NCBI GenBank assembly: GCA_052426225.1
Contig: JBNJNM010000008.1
Location: 1,302,001 to 1,366,000, forward strand
From: Zancudomyces culisetae HAW-14-8
Lineage: Eukaryota > Fungi > Kickxellomycota
Direction of reading: 5' to 3'
DNA length: 64,000 nucleotides
Positions 61,043 through 64,000 of the stretch are shown in pieces; the first letter of the stretch is position 1, and every line of letters begins with the position of its first letter. The notes below the pieces were generated by a model that saw only the letters and a list, made by a program, of their open reading frames with translations, made no database searches and was not told the DNA's origin. A program made the translations under genes and the position numbers.

Positions 61043-64000
61043 AATAGTTTTTTTTTAGTTTTAATTGCTTAAGTTGCATATACAAAGGTTAAAAATACAA
61101 TTTTAGATTGTGGTACAATTTTTTTATATTAAAGTCAACGGAGACGTTTTCATATCAGCGAGGTGTTGCAAATGCAGGTATTTATAAATTTTTTTAATAT
61201 CGCAAATAAGTACAAAATAATTTATAATTTACCATTTTAAAACTAATAGGATGCATTATCTATAGTTCTACTTATTTTCCTCATTATCCACAATAGTACT
61301 ATTTTTGTATGTGTAGACATTTATTTCTCTAGAGTATTACGTTGTAATATGTTAACAGCTCAGTGCAATTAATTTTTTTCCTTGAGATCTAGCACAAAAT
61401 CGTCTTTTTTTATATTTTTTGATACGTTAATCATACATAATAGGTGCTATCCAGTTCAAACCCGCACAAAAATAAAGAGGGTCATGAGAATCACCGATTT
61501 CTACAATGGGGTTTATAACTTGAAGATAATCAAGTTTGAAATTTAATGTCAAGCGAGCTGAGGTGTAAGGAATAAAACTTATATTTCTTGTTCAGAAGGG
61601 GTTCCATAGGTATTTTTTATAATTATCTTGTCATTCTTTTGGTTCAGTCTTTTTATATCTTTGTTTTTCCAATCTAGAGAAAAACTGCACGAGATTAATA
61701 TTTGTGTTGTGATTGTGGTACATACATTCACTAATTCAAAATATAAACCAAACTGTATAGTTAGTAGAGTGAGAGTCCAGATTTAACAATTAACAAGAAT
61801 GGATGGTTACTTTACATAAAATAGGCCCCGAACAAACAAAAATGAAGTCAGACATCTCGCATGAAAATTTATTTTACTATTTTAGTCAGATGAATATTAG
61901 AAAATGTATTTAAAATTACTTTGTTAATTCGGTAACAATAGAAGCCACTAGTTTAAATATTCTCAAATATAGTATTATTATGCGATGTTTGTTAAAAACA
62001 GCAAAGCTTTGGATACAAAGAATAATGTTTGGGAATATTAATATACATTTACCTTTTTTTCTCACTACTATTTTTGTTTGTTATTGTAAATATGATTTTT
62101 TATTAATATTATAAAAAGTAGAGTTATTGTTAACTACATCTAAGCTTCCCAACTCAAATTATATTATAGTCTAGGATTCTAAATGTAGTATTGAAGAAAA
62201 TTGTATTTCAAAAAACCCACTAAGAAAAAATCATATTTTAAAAGTTGGAAACAAAAGCTGTGTTATTGTTAACAAAAATCGCAGTATCAAAAAGCCTGAT
62301 TGGTGTTTATGATGACAAGTGTATGTATGCACTATTATCTCTGGTAAAGCCCATAATTTTAACGCTTTTGTAACCATCTTTAATGCAGGTAAAAATGCAA
62401 AATTGAATTTTCAAGAACGATGCCAAAAGTTATATGGTGTAACCTAGCCTAAATCTTATTGTTTATTTATGTTGTATTTTCTGCAATTTAATTTTATCAA
62501 TTTATTCAATATTTAATATCCTGGGTAGAAACTATTACGACGCTGATTGCAAGATAGGAGATATGATGTCTGCTCATATCATCCAATTTAAAAAATAATA
62601 ATAAATTTACTTTTAACTATGATTTTTTTGTGCATTGGCCTACTGCATACAAATTCATTTACACTATAAAAAGTATCATAATAAATATTCTTATTGTAAA
62701 AGTTAAAAGATAGTTAAATTCAATTTTACCACTTTTTCATTTTAAAATTATACGTACTTGTTCAAATGAGCCACTTGACGAACAATTAGTTATTAAACAG
62801 ATTTGGAATTCCTCCTGTCTTCCTTGATTTTCTTTCGAAAACGAGGTTCTTAATTTGATGCTTTTGACAAATAGGCCAGAACCGAACTTCATGATCAGGA
62901 CTAGATTCTGTGGGAATTAGGCTACTTTAAGAGATACTTTGACGCTTTGCCAATTATATATACTTTTTCACTACCTGTAATAATTATTACAAAATTGAGT
63001 ATTTTGCCTGTTTACTATCTTATTTCCATACATTTGTATAACTGTATACACTATTGAAAAGGTAAGCTAACTTAGATAGAGTTTTCAATTAAAATACATA
63101 AATTGGAGATTAGAATTAACTCTGAATCAATACAGTGTGAGCTTGGTATTCCTAGAGGAATAGAGAGAAGTTGGTTAAATCTATGCTTTTTGGGCTCACT
63201 TTTTGTATTCATGTGATATTTACTAATATATCGATAAATATAAAGAAAAATTACAGATTCATCACCTACAACCACAAAGTGCGTATTAATTACTCAAAAG
63301 TAGCTTAGTCTAACAAGTGTGCTTGCTTGAGCAACCTAAAGTTTACATTCAGTATAATGGGGGTAGCTAGTGATTTCTTTCAAGCAATGTATCTGGTTAA
63401 TTACTCTGATTATATAATTGTTTTGGCAAATTAGTCAAAATAGAAAAAACGCTATAATAAAAGAGTACTAAACATAAATTGACATTTGTACCCACAATAT
63501 GAACCGTGTTATTTGAAAAAGATACAATAAGACTGGTTTTGATAGCACGCAGAGATATGACTGGTTTTTGTTTTAGAATGATATGATTCATTTTTATAAA
63601 ATGCTAGCATTTTTTTCTGGTCGTGGGGGTATCATTTATCTTGCCAAGTGTATGAGATTGGGGCTTTTGTGACATTTTCTTTGACATAAGGTACTAGAAA
63701 TGTTTTGACAAAATCGATTCATTTCACAAAATAATACTCAAAACCAAAAAAGTAAATAGAAAGAGCAAAACAAATAACTTTAATGAATACTTAGTCTAGT
63801 TTGGATAGATGTGCACAAGTGAATACACGCTTTACCAAAAGCTATGATTTGTTGCTATTCTCATATATATTATAGGTACAACTTTGTAGTTTTGTGCCAC
63901 CAATTTACGGGGATATGCTTACAGTAATTCATATATTAATTCAAACTCGAAAATACCATAAGAAATCCAAAGGCAAAACAGAACGTGAACCCCCCCCACC

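Noticed and set aside
62025-62590. Possible spliced small secreted (peptidase inhibitor I9-like) pseudogene
   Set aside because: A signal-like start and a GTATGT...CAG intron are visible, but stops and frameshifts prevent a supportable gene model.

Overview
AT-rich eukaryotic DNA with spliceosomal introns. It looks fungal, plausibly an early-diverging insect-gut lineage such as Harpellales, but that is inference only. About 3.9-48.3 kb is a nested transposon cluster containing four Ty3/Gypsy retrotransposons (two Tf1/sushi/chromovirus-like, two of a second tRNA-primed family), solo LTRs, a DIRS tyrosine-recombinase retrotransposon, three recognisable Tc1 elements plus one degenerate copy, LINE fragments and a tRNA-Arg(ACG) gene. 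The flanks carry host genes: the 3' exons of a Cue1/Cue4-like gene, two paralogous small Cys-containing secreted proteins, a catalytically dead GPI-type trypsin homologue, a frameshifted secreted protein between long inverted repeats, and a Thr-rich repeat protein. The strongest novelty candidate is an unannotated repeated module: a small conserved orphan exon plus a covarying ~70-80 nt pseudoknotted RNA motif, present three times. Other highlights are a wholly palindromic LTR next to the tRNA gene that primes it, a Tf1-type self-priming LTR, and a PEG10-type -1 frameshift signal. All alignments and pairings were read by eye and no searches were run.
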